This document shows positions 17,266 through 25,906 of a DNA stretch of 60,601 nucleotides, piece after piece; position 1 is the first letter of the stretch, and every line of letters starts with the position of its first letter. The stretch comes from a virus (taxonomy: Duplodnaviria > Caudoviricetes). Below the pieces are notes generated by a model, which saw only the letters and a program-made list of their open reading frames with translations, searched no databases and had not been told where the DNA came from. The stretch is from IMG/VR virus record IMGVR_UViG_3300032327_000128, positions 1-60,601 of that record, one strand, 5' to 3'. A program made the position numbers and the translations under genes.

Positions 17266-18424
17266 CTTGATGCGCAACCCCAAGTTCGCGTTGTGGTCAG
17301 GCATCATGATGGTCGGCAAGACCAGCGTGGTCGAGGGCATACCTACGGCTTGCACCAATGGCCGCGACGAGATGTATGGCTTGGAGTTCATAACAAAGTT
17401 AGACCACAAGACCCTTGGCTTTGTCATACTACACGAGAACCTACACAAAGCGTTCCGCCACCTGACCACATGGGCCAAGCTATACAAGGAAGACCCCAAG
17501 CTGGCGAACATGGCTTGTGACTACGTCATCAACCTGATGCTTGTGGATATTGACGTAGGCGAAACTGTCATAGCGTTTCCCCGGCACGAGGATGGTTCGC
17601 GGATGGGCCTGTATGACCCACGCTTCAAAGGTATGCACACCAAGCAAGTCTTCGACATACTGAAGCAGGAGAAGGAAGAAGGCGGCGAAGGTGAAGGCGG
17701 CGAAGGCTTTGACGAACATGACTGGGAAGGCGCAGCCGAGATAAGCGGCGAGGAGAAGAAGGAACTCGAACGCGAGATAGACCAAGCGTTGCGGCAGGGT
17801 ATCATCACTGACCAAAAGGTGAACGGCGCAGGGGGAGGCGGACTAAGCCGCGAACTGGGCGAACTGTTGCAGCCGCAGATAGACTGGCGCGAGGCGTTGC
17901 GTGAATTTGTATCGTCGTTCTGCAATGCCAAGGACACATCGTCATGGCGCAGGGTCAATCGCCGTATGCTCGCACAAGATGTGTATATGCCTAGCCTAGT
18001 AGGTGAGAAGGTAGGCCACATCGTTGTCGGTATCGACACATCTGGGTCAATCGGTGTGCAGGAACTCAACACGTTCCTGTCCGAGGTCAAGTCTATCGTT
18101 GAGGACGTTCACCCTGATGCGCTCGACCTTATCTATTGGGACGGGGCCGTGGCTGCGCATGAGGTCTACGACATGGCAACGATGTCTAACCTTGTTAGCT
18201 CTACTAAACCAATGGGAGGCGGTGGAACCGACCCGACCTGCATGATGCGCTACCTTAAAGAGAAGAACATCAAGCCAGAGTGCATCATCCAACTGACAGA
18301 CGGATACATCGGCAACTGGGGCGACGAGTGGGAAGCACCAATCCTGTGGGTCATCACCGAGAGCAACTACAACAGCAACAAGATTGTCTCGCCTGTCGGC
18401 AAGACTGTTCACATCAAGGGGTAA
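17219..18424 (+). CDS. Metallopeptidase-VWA protein (DUF2201-like)
   Basis: TACTNG, HENLH (HExxH), NMACDYVIN; C-terminal VWA DTSGS, GGGTD, LTDG. Confidence 0.85.
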   Translation: MDLQKAERKLKKVKIDLMRNPKFALWSGIMMVGKTSVVEGIPTACTNGRDEMYGLEFITKLDHKTLGFVILHENLHKAFRHLTTWAKLYKEDPKLANMACDYVINLMLVDIDVGETVIAFPRHEDGSRMGLYDPRFKGMHTKQVFDILKQEKEEGGEGEGGEGFDEHDWEGAAEISGEEKKELEREIDQALRQGIITDQKVNGAGGGGLSRELGELLQPQIDWREALREFVSSFCNAKDTSSWRRVNRRMLAQDVYMPSLVGEKVGHIVVGIDTSGSIGVQELNTFLSEVKSIVEDVHPDALDLIYWDGAVAAHEVYDMATMSNLVSSTKPMGGGGTDPTCMMRYLKEKNIKPECIIQLTDGYIGNWGDEWEAPILWVITESNYNSNKIVSPVGKTVHIKG

Positions 18425-18428
18425 GCAG

Positions 18429-18674
18429 ATGACTAAAGCAATCATACGTTACGGTTACGACAGCTATGTGGTGGAGGCAGAGGATGCACTGCGCATACAT
18501 GAAATCCTAGCCAAGGCTGAACATTACCATAGGAAATACCGCTCAACAGAGGAGGGTGGCACTTCTTATTATGTCTGGGAGCAGGACATGAACAGTGACA
18601 TGCGCGACATTACGCTGATGCCCGATGGCCTCTACCGCATGGCCAAGTTGGCTGGCAAACCCGAAGATAAATAA
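18429..18674 (+). CDS. Hypothetical protein
   Basis: Likely start MTKAII; YRMAKLAGKP end. Confidence 0.65.
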   Translation: MTKAIIRYGYDSYVVEAEDALRIHEILAKAEHYHRKYRSTEEGGTSYYVWEQDMNSDMRDITLMPDGLYRMAKLAGKPEDK

Positions 18675-18734
18675 AAACACGAGTCAGTAGGTCACACCTA
18701 ACTAAGTTACACCTATTCAAGAAGGAGCAAGCAT

Positions 18735-19586
18735 ATGAGTATTAGTTCTTCATCGGTTCTTGTCGAACTGAACATCTCCGTCTGGACGGCTAACAAGCTG
18801 GACAAGGACGCGACCAACAAACTGACTGCTGACAATAGAGCAGACGCAAACGCAGCGCAGGTGCGCAAGAACCTGATGGCTGGCACTTCGTTACGGAAGG
18901 ACATAGCGGACTTTGCTGCTGGCTGTCGTATGTGGCACAACACACGAACGCTACCTTGGTCTGACCGTGGCCCTCGCCTGTTACCCACAAGTCTGTTTCT
19001 CGACTACAAGGCAGAAGCCAACACGCGGCGCGATGCGTTCATGCAGATGAAGGACAAGTTTCGCATGGAATATCCGAGGCTGCTGGCCACACGGATACTA
19101 TCAATGGGCGACCTACATAACCCTGATGACTACCCGCATGTTGACGAGGTGATGGGCAAGTTTGACTTCCGCCTTGTGTTCTCTCCCGTTCCAGAGTCGG
19201 GCGACTTCCGCTTAGACATACCAAAGCAGGACATGGACGAGATACGTAAGGAATACGATACTAACTTTGTTACACGTATCGAGGAAGCCATGCGGTCCCC
19301 ATGGGAGAAGCTGCACACTATGTTGTCTGGCATGAGCGCCAAGCTGACCGATAGCGATGACGAGACTAAGAAGCGGTGGCACGACACGTTCATTACCAAT
19401 GCGCAAGACATGTGCGGGATGCTGACCCACCTAAACATTACGGGTGACCCCAAGCTGGAAGCTGCGCGGCGGCAACTGGAACAGGCGCTAATCAACGTCG
19501 ATATTGACGACATCAAAGAGGAAGTGGGTGTTCGCGTAGACCTAAAGCAAAAGGTCGATGACATCCTCAAGGGTTATGACTGGTAA
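18735..19586 (+). CDS. DUF3150-like protein
   Basis: VELNISVWTANKLD, TLPWSDRG motifs; typical neighbour of AAA/VWA pairs. Confidence 0.6.
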   Translation: MSISSSSVLVELNISVWTANKLDKDATNKLTADNRADANAAQVRKNLMAGTSLRKDIADFAAGCRMWHNTRTLPWSDRGPRLLPTSLFLDYKAEANTRRDAFMQMKDKFRMEYPRLLATRILSMGDLHNPDDYPHVDEVMGKFDFRLVFSPVPESGDFRLDIPKQDMDEIRKEYDTNFVTRIEEAMRSPWEKLHTMLSGMSAKLTDSDDETKKRWHDTFITNAQDMCGMLTHLNITGDPKLEAARRQLEQALINVDIDDIKEEVGVRVDLKQKVDDILKGYDW

Positions 19587-19598
19587 AGGAAGACTAAC

Positions 19599-20510
19599 AT
19601 GACAATGAATTACGACGGCTACACATATACCGAACTCGATGGATACAAGAACGTATACAGGCGGGAATACAAGGCACAGAACAACCCGTATCAAGGGCCA
19701 GCGGTGCTTGCACCTAAGCTTGCACCCTTTGTGGATGCGATACTGGCACAGCGCCCCAAGTGGAAGTTTGTGGCTAGGCAGCGGGCGGGGACGGTTCTCC
19801 AAGACGACGGAACCAACACCCCTGCGTTTGGCACTCTTCAGGTCTACACAGAGAATGACGAGATACTGGGAGAACTTGATACCACCTACACCTACCGTGG
19901 TGGCGAGAGCCAGCTTACTTACACCTACGACAACGAGAGGCTGAGTGACAAGAGGCAGCGTGGGTCTTGGTCGAAGAGCACAAAGCTGGATAAGGCAGTC
20001 AAGGATGTGCTCAAGAACTTCCGCCCGAAGAACACTAACGAAATTGTGCGGGAGCGTATGAGCCTTGCGGGTAGCGTGGTAGGGCAAACAGCGGCTGAAG
20101 CGCAAAAGAAGTTTATGAACCCATACTCCAAGCTAAACCAGCAGATGACTAACTTTGTTATGTATAACTGGGCTACGCTATCTCCGATGTTCACGAAGGC
20201 GGGTCTTGAGTTTGACCCCGAACTTCCAGAACTATACGCGGCTGCTATGAAGGCCAAGGAGATGAAGGAGTCGTTCGCTCCCGATGGCGGCGTAACCATA
20301 ATAGTGCGACCTAGTGATTATCTTGTAGTGCGAAACACTGGCGTAGACGATAAATACGATGTACAGATTAAAGCACCAGAGGAACTGCCAGCCGAGGTGC
20401 GCCGCAAGCTGGGTATACTCAAGCTGACGGAACTTAGGCAGTACGTCCCCGACATGGGCGTGCATTGCGCGAAAAATACATACTTTATTACTGGGAAGGA
20501 CATGATGTGA
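19599..20510 (+). CDS. Early hypothetical protein (303 aa)
   Basis: Long ORF with AAGGA RBS. Confidence 0.75.
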   Translation: MTMNYDGYTYTELDGYKNVYRREYKAQNNPYQGPAVLAPKLAPFVDAILAQRPKWKFVARQRAGTVLQDDGTNTPAFGTLQVYTENDEILGELDTTYTYRGGESQLTYTYDNERLSDKRQRGSWSKSTKLDKAVKDVLKNFRPKNTNEIVRERMSLAGSVVGQTAAEAQKKFMNPYSKLNQQMTNFVMYNWATLSPMFTKAGLEFDPELPELYAAAMKAKEMKESFAPDGGVTIIVRPSDYLVVRNTGVDDKYDVQIKAPEELPAEVRRKLGILKLTELRQYVPDMGVHCAKNTYFITGKDMM

Positions 20511-20692
20511 TTGAAGAAACTAAACGATACCGAGGGCAGCGTGGGTTGGGCAAGCGCCCCGCCATGAGCCTTGCAAACCTGCGGCTGCGGACGGACATCC
20601 TCGACTACTATAAGACGTTCCCAAGCTACACGGCTAAGATGCGTGAAGTCCTAACGGAGTATGCAGAAGCCGAATCGGCGGACTACAAATAG
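20507..20692 (+). CDS. BrnA/DUF4415-like ribbon-helix-helix DNA-binding protein
   Basis: RGLGKRP...NLRLRTDILDYYK...YTAKMREVL pattern; GTG overlaps the upstream stop. Confidence 0.6.
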   Translation: MIEETKRYRGQRGLGKRPAMSLANLRLRTDILDYYKTFPSYTAKMREVLTEYAEAESADYK

Positions 20693-20720
20693 ACTAGTAA
20701 CTCCTAACTAGGTTAGAACT

Positions 20721-20746
20721 GACCGCCCTTGTGGCGGTCTTTTTTT
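20721..20746 (+). terminator. Rho-independent terminator ending the early region
   Basis: GACCGCC-CTTGT-GGCGGTC-T7. Confidence 0.85.
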
Positions 20747-20767
20747 GTCTTTTTTATTTTTCATGTT

Positions 20768-20795
20768 TGACAATGTATAAGCATGATGTAAGGTG
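20768..20795 (+). promoter_or_regulatory. Putative middle promoter
   Basis: TTGACA-N16-TAAGGT; TTGACAATGT...TGTAAG is shared with 28917. Confidence 0.5.
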
Positions 20796-20819
20796 GCCTC
20801 CCTAACAAGGAGCAACCAG

Positions 20820-21185
20820 ATGAAATACCCAGAACTTATCAACGTCACAGTCGTGCCCACGGCAGGGTATAAAGCGATTTTCCTTAGCCCCTATGACAAA
20901 GAGGATATACCAGAAATGGTATCAGACTTGTGGATAGACCACATCATCGGATGGCGGGTTTCCACATATCAACGCGACAACGGCGATATTTATTCGACCA
21001 CGGACGCAATCACTGTAGATGGTTCGTCTCACCAAGACTACGCTGTTATGGCCCCAGACGGAACCGTTGCGGACTCGTTCCATAGCGCTCATGCTAACTT
21101 AGAAGAATACCTAGCCCATAACAGGAAATACCAAGCGGAACTGAAAGCCCTGCACGTAGAAATAACTGGAATTACCAGTGGCTAA
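20820..21185 (+). CDS. Hypothetical protein
   Basis: MKYPEL start after AGGAG. Confidence 0.65.
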   Translation: MKYPELINVTVVPTAGYKAIFLSPYDKEDIPEMVSDLWIDHIIGWRVSTYQRDNGDIYSTTDAITVDGSSHQDYAVMAPDGTVADSFHSAHANLEEYLAHNRKYQAELKALHVEITGITSG

Positions 21186-21495
21186 AACCCCCGAAAAAGT
21201 GGTCAAGGACAAGGTCGTGTCCATCCTCAAGTCAGAGGATGTGTATTACTTCTTTCCCGCAACGCACGGCTACGGACGCAGTGGCGTTCCAGATATCATA
21301 GCATGTGTAAACGGACACTTCTTTGCCATTGAGTGCAAGGCAGGTGGTGGCAAGCTGACCGCCCTCCAAACCCGCGAGATTGAACACATCCGCCGTTGCG
21401 GTGGCGTGGCTGTCGTGGCGAACGAAGACAACTGGGACATGGTGCGCGACATCGTGCGCAAGCTTAAGAATACTGTCATAGGAGAGGCGGCGTGA
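21178..21495 (+). CDS. VRR-NUC domain nuclease (Holliday junction resolvase-like)
   Basis: GVPDII...AIECKA...LTALQ. Confidence 0.85.
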   Translation: MAKTPEKVVKDKVVSILKSEDVYYFFPATHGYGRSGVPDIIACVNGHFFAIECKAGGGKLTALQTREIEHIRRCGGVAVVANEDNWDMVRDIVRKLKNTVIGEAA

Positions 21496-21659
21496 TTAAA
21501 GAACGCATCGAAGCGCTACGCAAACGCGAAGCCGTGTGCTGGGATATGTCGGAGGTGTTCCTTCACGCGAAGGACGCACATGGTCTACATGACATGGGTG
21601 TAGAAATCCAAGGCATCCAGTGGGCCATCCGCGAACTGGAACTTCTGCTATGCAGATAA
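21492..21659 (+). CDS. Small hypothetical protein (55 aa)
   Basis: MIKERIEALRK..., coupled on both sides; not in the ORF track. Confidence 0.55.
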   Translation: MIKERIEALRKREAVCWDMSEVFLHAKDAHGLHDMGVEIQGIQWAIRELELLLCR

Positions 21660-23470
21660 TCACAATCGACTTCGAGACCTACTATGACCGAGCGTTCAGC
21701 CTGTCCAAGCTGACGACCGAGGAATATATCCGTGATGAGCGCTTTGAGACTATCGGCGTAGCTGTAAAGGTTGACGAAGGCGAGGCCCAATGGTTCAGCG
21801 GCCCGAAGGCCGCGACCAAGATGTTCCTTAGCCAATTCCCATGGGACGATGCTGTGGCTGTGGCGCATAACGCTGTGTTCGACATGGCTATCCTTAACTG
21901 GCAGTTCGACATCCGCCCCAAGCGCATTGCTGATACGTTGTCTATGGCAAGAGCCAAGCATGGAACGGAAGTGGGTGGTAGCCTCAAGGCGCTGGCCGAA
22001 TACTATCAGTTGGGAGCGAAAGGCACTGAAGTTCTTAACGCACTGGGCAAACAGCGATTGGATTTCAACGCCAAAGACTTAGCCAGATACGGAGAATACT
22101 GCCGTAACGATGCAGACCTCACCCATAGTTTATTCAAGTGCCTTGCTGATGGCTTCCCCCTCGTAGAGTTGCAGCTTATCGACCTGACCATCCGTATGTT
22201 TACCGAGCCAGTACTGACACTAGATAAGCAAATCCTGACAGAACACTTGGTCAAGGTGCAGGATGTCAAGGAGGCACTGCTTGGTAGGGCACTGGTAGAC
22301 AAGGCGGACATCATGTCCAACCCTAAGCTGGCCGACCTGCTGCGCAAGTGCGGTGTCGAGCCACCAACGAAGATTAGCCCAAAGACAGGCAAGGAGGCGT
22401 TCGCCTTCGCTAAGAACGACGAAGCATTCAAGGCGCTGCTGGAGCATGAGAACCCAGTAGTCCAAGCGATTGTGGCTGCGCGGTTAGGTGTAAAGTCTAC
22501 CCTTGAGGAAACCCGAACCGAGCGATTCATCAAGATTGCGGAGCGCGGCACGTTACCTGTGCCCCTACGTTACTACGCTGCACATACTGGGCGATGGGGA
22601 GGGGACGACAAGGTTAACCTTCAGAACCTACCTCGCAAGTCACCATTGAAGAAGGCGATGCTGGCACCGGAGGGGCATAACTTTATCGACTGTGATAGCA
22701 GCCAGATTGAAGCACGGACCTTGGCGTGGCTGGCAGGGCAGAACGACCTCGTAGACGCATTTGACCGAGGCGAAGATGTGTACAAGATTATGGCATCCTC
22801 TATCTACGGTGTGCCTATTGACGAGGTGACGGACGGCCAGCGCTTCGTGGGTAAGACAACCATCTTGGGCTGCGGCTACGGTATGGGGGCTGACAAATTC
22901 AAGGCGCAGCTAAAGACGTTCGGTGTCGATATGGAACTGGCCGAGTGCAAACGTATTATTAGCGTATACCGAGAGACCTATTCCATGATCCCAAAACTGT
23001 GGCGTGAGGCTGGTGACGCTCTGGACGCTATGGCGAATAATCAAACTGCACCACTAGGGTTATCCGGTGTGCTGACGGTGTGCGGTGCAGATGGTATCAA
23101 GCTGCCCAACGGGCTGAGCCTCAAGTATCCCGACCTCCGCTGGGTGTATGGCGATAACGGTAAGCCCGAGATGGTTTACAACCAGAGGAAGGGTAAGGCT
23201 ATCCTACCCACCCGCATCTACGGCGGAAAGCTAATCGAGAACGTGTGCCAAGCCTTGGCCCGTATCATAATCGGTGAGCAGATGCTAATGATTGCACGTA
23301 GCTACCGTGTGGTGATGACCGTGCACGACGCGATAGGGGTGGTTGCCCCTACTGAGAAAGCCGCAAAGGCGCGGCAATTTGTAGAGCAGTGTATGCGTAT
23401 GCGTCCCAAGTGGGCGACAGCACTGCCGTTAAACTGTGAAAGCAAAGAAGGAGCAAGTTATGGCGGGTGA
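21650..23470 (+). CDS. polA: DNA polymerase, family A (3'-5' exonuclease + polymerase)
   Basis: DFET exo I, HNAVFD exo II, DSSQIEAR motif A, KTTILGCGYG motif B, VHD motif C. Confidence 0.92.
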   Translation: MQIITIDFETYYDRAFSLSKLTTEEYIRDERFETIGVAVKVDEGEAQWFSGPKAATKMFLSQFPWDDAVAVAHNAVFDMAILNWQFDIRPKRIADTLSMARAKHGTEVGGSLKALAEYYQLGAKGTEVLNALGKQRLDFNAKDLARYGEYCRNDADLTHSLFKCLADGFPLVELQLIDLTIRMFTEPVLTLDKQILTEHLVKVQDVKEALLGRALVDKADIMSNPKLADLLRKCGVEPPTKISPKTGKEAFAFAKNDEAFKALLEHENPVVQAIVAARLGVKSTLEETRTERFIKIAERGTLPVPLRYYAAHTGRWGGDDKVNLQNLPRKSPLKKAMLAPEGHNFIDCDSSQIEARTLAWLAGQNDLVDAFDRGEDVYKIMASSIYGVPIDEVTDGQRFVGKTTILGCGYGMGADKFKAQLKTFGVDMELAECKRIISVYRETYSMIPKLWREAGDALDAMANNQTAPLGLSGVLTVCGADGIKLPNGLSLKYPDLRWVYGDNGKPEMVYNQRKGKAILPTRIYGGKLIENVCQALARIIIGEQMLMIARSYRVVMTVHDAIGVVAPTEKAAKARQFVEQCMRMRPKWATALPLNCESKEGASYGG

Positions 23471-23831
23471 TTTAGATTTACTGGAGGACCTCGTAGGGGT
23501 GTCCCCACTACCTATGATGGGGCGTAAGAAACTGCATAAGTTGAAGAAGTATAGATTTGAATGTAAAAATAAACACCCTTTGCGGGGAGAAAACCTTATA
23601 ATCCGCAAAAGCGGAACTCGTACAACTAAGATATGCAAGACCTGTCTCGATGTATCGAGGGCTAAGTGGAAGGCGAACAATCCTGACTACAAGACACCGC
23701 AGCGCCTTGCCAAACAAACGAGGCCAGAGCGCATAAAAGAACTTGAGGCTGCTCTGCTAGACGTACTGACTTATATGAGTCCTAGTACGCTCAAGGAGCG
23801 CTATGAGAAGATTGCACGGGGAGTGAAGTGA
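23460..23831 (+). CDS. Zn-finger protein (HNH-associated-type Cys/His domain)
   Basis: CKNKH...ENL...CKTC. Confidence 0.55.
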   Translation: MAGDLDLLEDLVGVSPLPMMGRKKLHKLKKYRFECKNKHPLRGENLIIRKSGTRTTKICKTCLDVSRAKWKANNPDYKTPQRLAKQTRPERIKELEAALLDVLTYMSPSTLKERYEKIARGVK

Positions 23832-24202
23832 TGGGCGAACCACATGACGTAGTGAAGCTACTACTTGCACGGATGGAGAGCCACCCCGAAGAGTTTCGGG
23901 GTCGAGCAGAAGCGTATTATGAGCGCTGGGTTAACCACATAGACGAGATACGCGAGCATGGAAACGAAACGGACAAAGCTTTAATCGTTGCAAAGCTACG
24001 GGATATTCGGATGACTGAAACTCACGAGCGAGTGATGGATGAACTGCTCAACGGCCCCGACAGACGTCGTAAGCAAGAAGAAGAAGCCGAGTACGAGCGT
24101 CACCTTGTACACGCAGCAAGCCATTCGCGGCAGCAACAGCTAACTTTTGGCACGCCTTATACCGACATGAACCCAACAGGTAACTTAGGAGCAAGAAAAT
24201 GA
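23828..24202 (+). CDS. Hypothetical protein
   Basis: LLLARMESHPEEF motif; coupled to neighbours. Confidence 0.65.
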   Translation: MMGEPHDVVKLLLARMESHPEEFRGRAEAYYERWVNHIDEIREHGNETDKALIVAKLRDIRMTETHERVMDELLNGPDRRRKQEEEAEYERHLVHAASHSRQQQLTFGTPYTDMNPTGNLGARK

Positions 24203-24795
24203 CCGAGTATCAATTTACAAAAGACTGGTTCAACTGGGCACCAGAAGTATGGAACCAACTCACCCCTATGCTGTCAGGTGAAGCAGGTAAGCGTAACTTC
24301 CTTGAGATAGGCTCGTTTGAAGGACGCAGCAGCATCTGGATTGCAGAGAACATGATGCAGGACGGTGACCGCCTTAACTGTATCGACACATGGATGGGTG
24401 GCGAGGAACACGGCGAAGAGAACATGAATGAAGTGGAAGAGCGGTTTCGCGCTAACTTGATTGTCGCTGCGAAAAAGTTCCCAGAGCGCGTTATCGTCCA
24501 GCAAAAGGGTACTTCTACTCTCGCACTGGCACACAAGATTAGGCACGGTAGCTTCTACGACTTCATCTACATCGACGGAAGCCACAAGGCACCTGATGTG
24601 CTGACCGATGCGTGTATGGCTTGGCCGTTGCTCAAGCGTGAAGGTCTGATGGTGTTCGACGACTATATGTGGGGCAACCCCCGCGATGCGCTGCACCGCC
24701 CTAAGATTGCAATCGACGCTTTCACTAACATCTTCGGTGAGACAGCAGAGATTGTCCACGTTGGTTACCAACTAGTAGTACGCAAGAAAGGATAA
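24199..24795 (+). CDS. Class I SAM-dependent methyltransferase (Methyltransf_24-like)
   Basis: LEIGSFEGRS, CIDTW, YIDGSH, FDDY. Confidence 0.85.
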   Translation: MTEYQFTKDWFNWAPEVWNQLTPMLSGEAGKRNFLEIGSFEGRSSIWIAENMMQDGDRLNCIDTWMGGEEHGEENMNEVEERFRANLIVAAKKFPERVIVQQKGTSTLALAHKIRHGSFYDFIYIDGSHKAPDVLTDACMAWPLLKREGLMVFDDYMWGNPRDALHRPKIAIDAFTNIFGETAEIVHVGYQLVVRKKG

Positions 24796-24799
24796 GAAC

Positions 24800-24970
24800 A
24801 TGGATTGGATTACGACTGTAGCAGTATTTGTATTGGTGTTCGTTAGCTATGCGATTGGGCGGCTTAGTAGTGACGCTACCCCCATCAAGCGTGAGAACGA
24901 GCGGCTCAACGCAGAACTAAAAAAGCTGACTGACCGTGACGAGCGTGGCCGTTTCAAAGGCGGTAAGTAG
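24800..24970 (+). CDS. Small membrane-anchored protein (56 aa)
   Basis: N-terminal hydrophobic helix, C-terminal RDERGRF. Confidence 0.55.
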   Translation: MDWITTVAVFVLVFVSYAIGRLSSDATPIKRENERLNAELKKLTDRDERGRFKGGK

Positions 24971-25146
24971 TGCCCAAACGAGTATGGACGCCTGAGAGGG
25001 ACGCAGAGTTGTTGGAGTATTACAAGTACGGCCTAAGGCCAGCGTACATGGCGGAACAGATGGGGCTTACGATTGCTTCAGTCGAGGGCCGTTACGGGAA
25101 GCTGAAAAGAATACAAAAAGCTAAGGAAGCAGAGAGCAATGACTGA
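24970..25146 (+). CDS. GcrA/Myb-like HTH protein (58 aa)
   Basis: WTPERDAELL...MAEQMGLTIASVEGRYGKL; not in the ORF track. Confidence 0.55.
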   Translation: MPKRVWTPERDAELLEYYKYGLRPAYMAEQMGLTIASVEGRYGKLKRIQKAKEAESND

Positions 25147-25894
25147 AGAGAAACGACCTAAGATTATGATCGCTACACCTATGTATGGCGGGATGTGTAC
25201 TGGTATGTATGTGATGGGTTTGCTCAACACTATGGCCGTGATGCGCGAACTGGGTGTCGAGGTGCGTTGGGCACATATGACGAACGAGAGTTTAATCACC
25301 CGGGCACGTAACGAGCTTGCTCGTGCTTTCTTAGCCACAGACTGTGACTACCTAATGTTCATCGACGCTGACATTGGTTTCGACGGACAGGCTATCGCTC
25401 ACCTGTTGGCCGTGGACGATGATATCGTATGCGGTATCTACCCCAAGAAGGAAGTGAACTGGGACAGCGTCAAACGTGCGGCGGCTGCGGGTAAGGAAGA
25501 TTTACAGGATCACGCAGGTGCCTTTGTGTTTAACATGGTAGGTGAAGCGCATGTCGAAACCGACGAGCGCGGTACAATCGAAGTGCGGCATGGTGGCACA
25601 GGCTTCATGCTTATTAGGCGGGGGGTGTTCGACCACCTTGCGCCACACGTACCAACCTACCGAACATCATCGTTCATTAAACCGGACGGTGAGTATGAGA
25701 AGCCACTGACGCACGAGTTTTTTGCTACAAGCATCGACGAGACAGGTGCACTGCTGTCAGAGGACTACCACTTTTGCGAACTGTTTCGCAAACACGGAGG
25801 GAAGATATACGCCCATCCCTTCGTGAAATTGGACCACGTTGGGACCTACGTCTACAACGGGGACATTTTGAAATCGGGCGGAAACCTAAAGTAA
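25139..25894 (+). CDS. Glycosyltransferase-like protein (GT-A fold)
   Basis: IATPMYGG, ESLITRARN, FIDADI (DxD), LSEDYHFC. Confidence 0.8.
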   Translation: MTEEKRPKIMIATPMYGGMCTGMYVMGLLNTMAVMRELGVEVRWAHMTNESLITRARNELARAFLATDCDYLMFIDADIGFDGQAIAHLLAVDDDIVCGIYPKKEVNWDSVKRAAAAGKEDLQDHAGAFVFNMVGEAHVETDERGTIEVRHGGTGFMLIRRGVFDHLAPHVPTYRTSSFIKPDGEYEKPLTHEFFATSIDETGALLSEDYHFCELFRKHGGKIYAHPFVKLDHVGTYVYNGDILKSGGNLK

Positions 25895-25906
25895 GGAGCG
25901 AATGAA

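Larger units (their letters stand above)
11570..20716. promoter_or_regulatory. Dispersed array of 17 palindromic sites CTAAC-N3-GTTAG
   Basis: Perfect at 11570, 12429, 12924, 13653, 14803, 15322, 15901, 16614, 18186, 20704; one mismatch at 12302, 13286, 14264, 17390, 18698, 19261, 20149. Confidence 0.9.

Noticed and set aside
20507-20692. BrnT-BrnA toxin-antitoxin pair
   Set aside because: The upstream gene is 303 aa and does not resemble the small BrnT ribonuclease
11570-20716. Palindrome as a host CtrA or LexA box
   Set aside because: It does not match TTAA-N7-TTAA, GTTC-N7-GTTC or CTGT-N8-ACAG
24199-24795. Methyltransferase as a Dam-like enzyme explaining the GATC pattern
   Set aside because: It lacks the DPPY/NPPY catalytic motif; the motifs fit small-molecule or sugar O-methyltransferases
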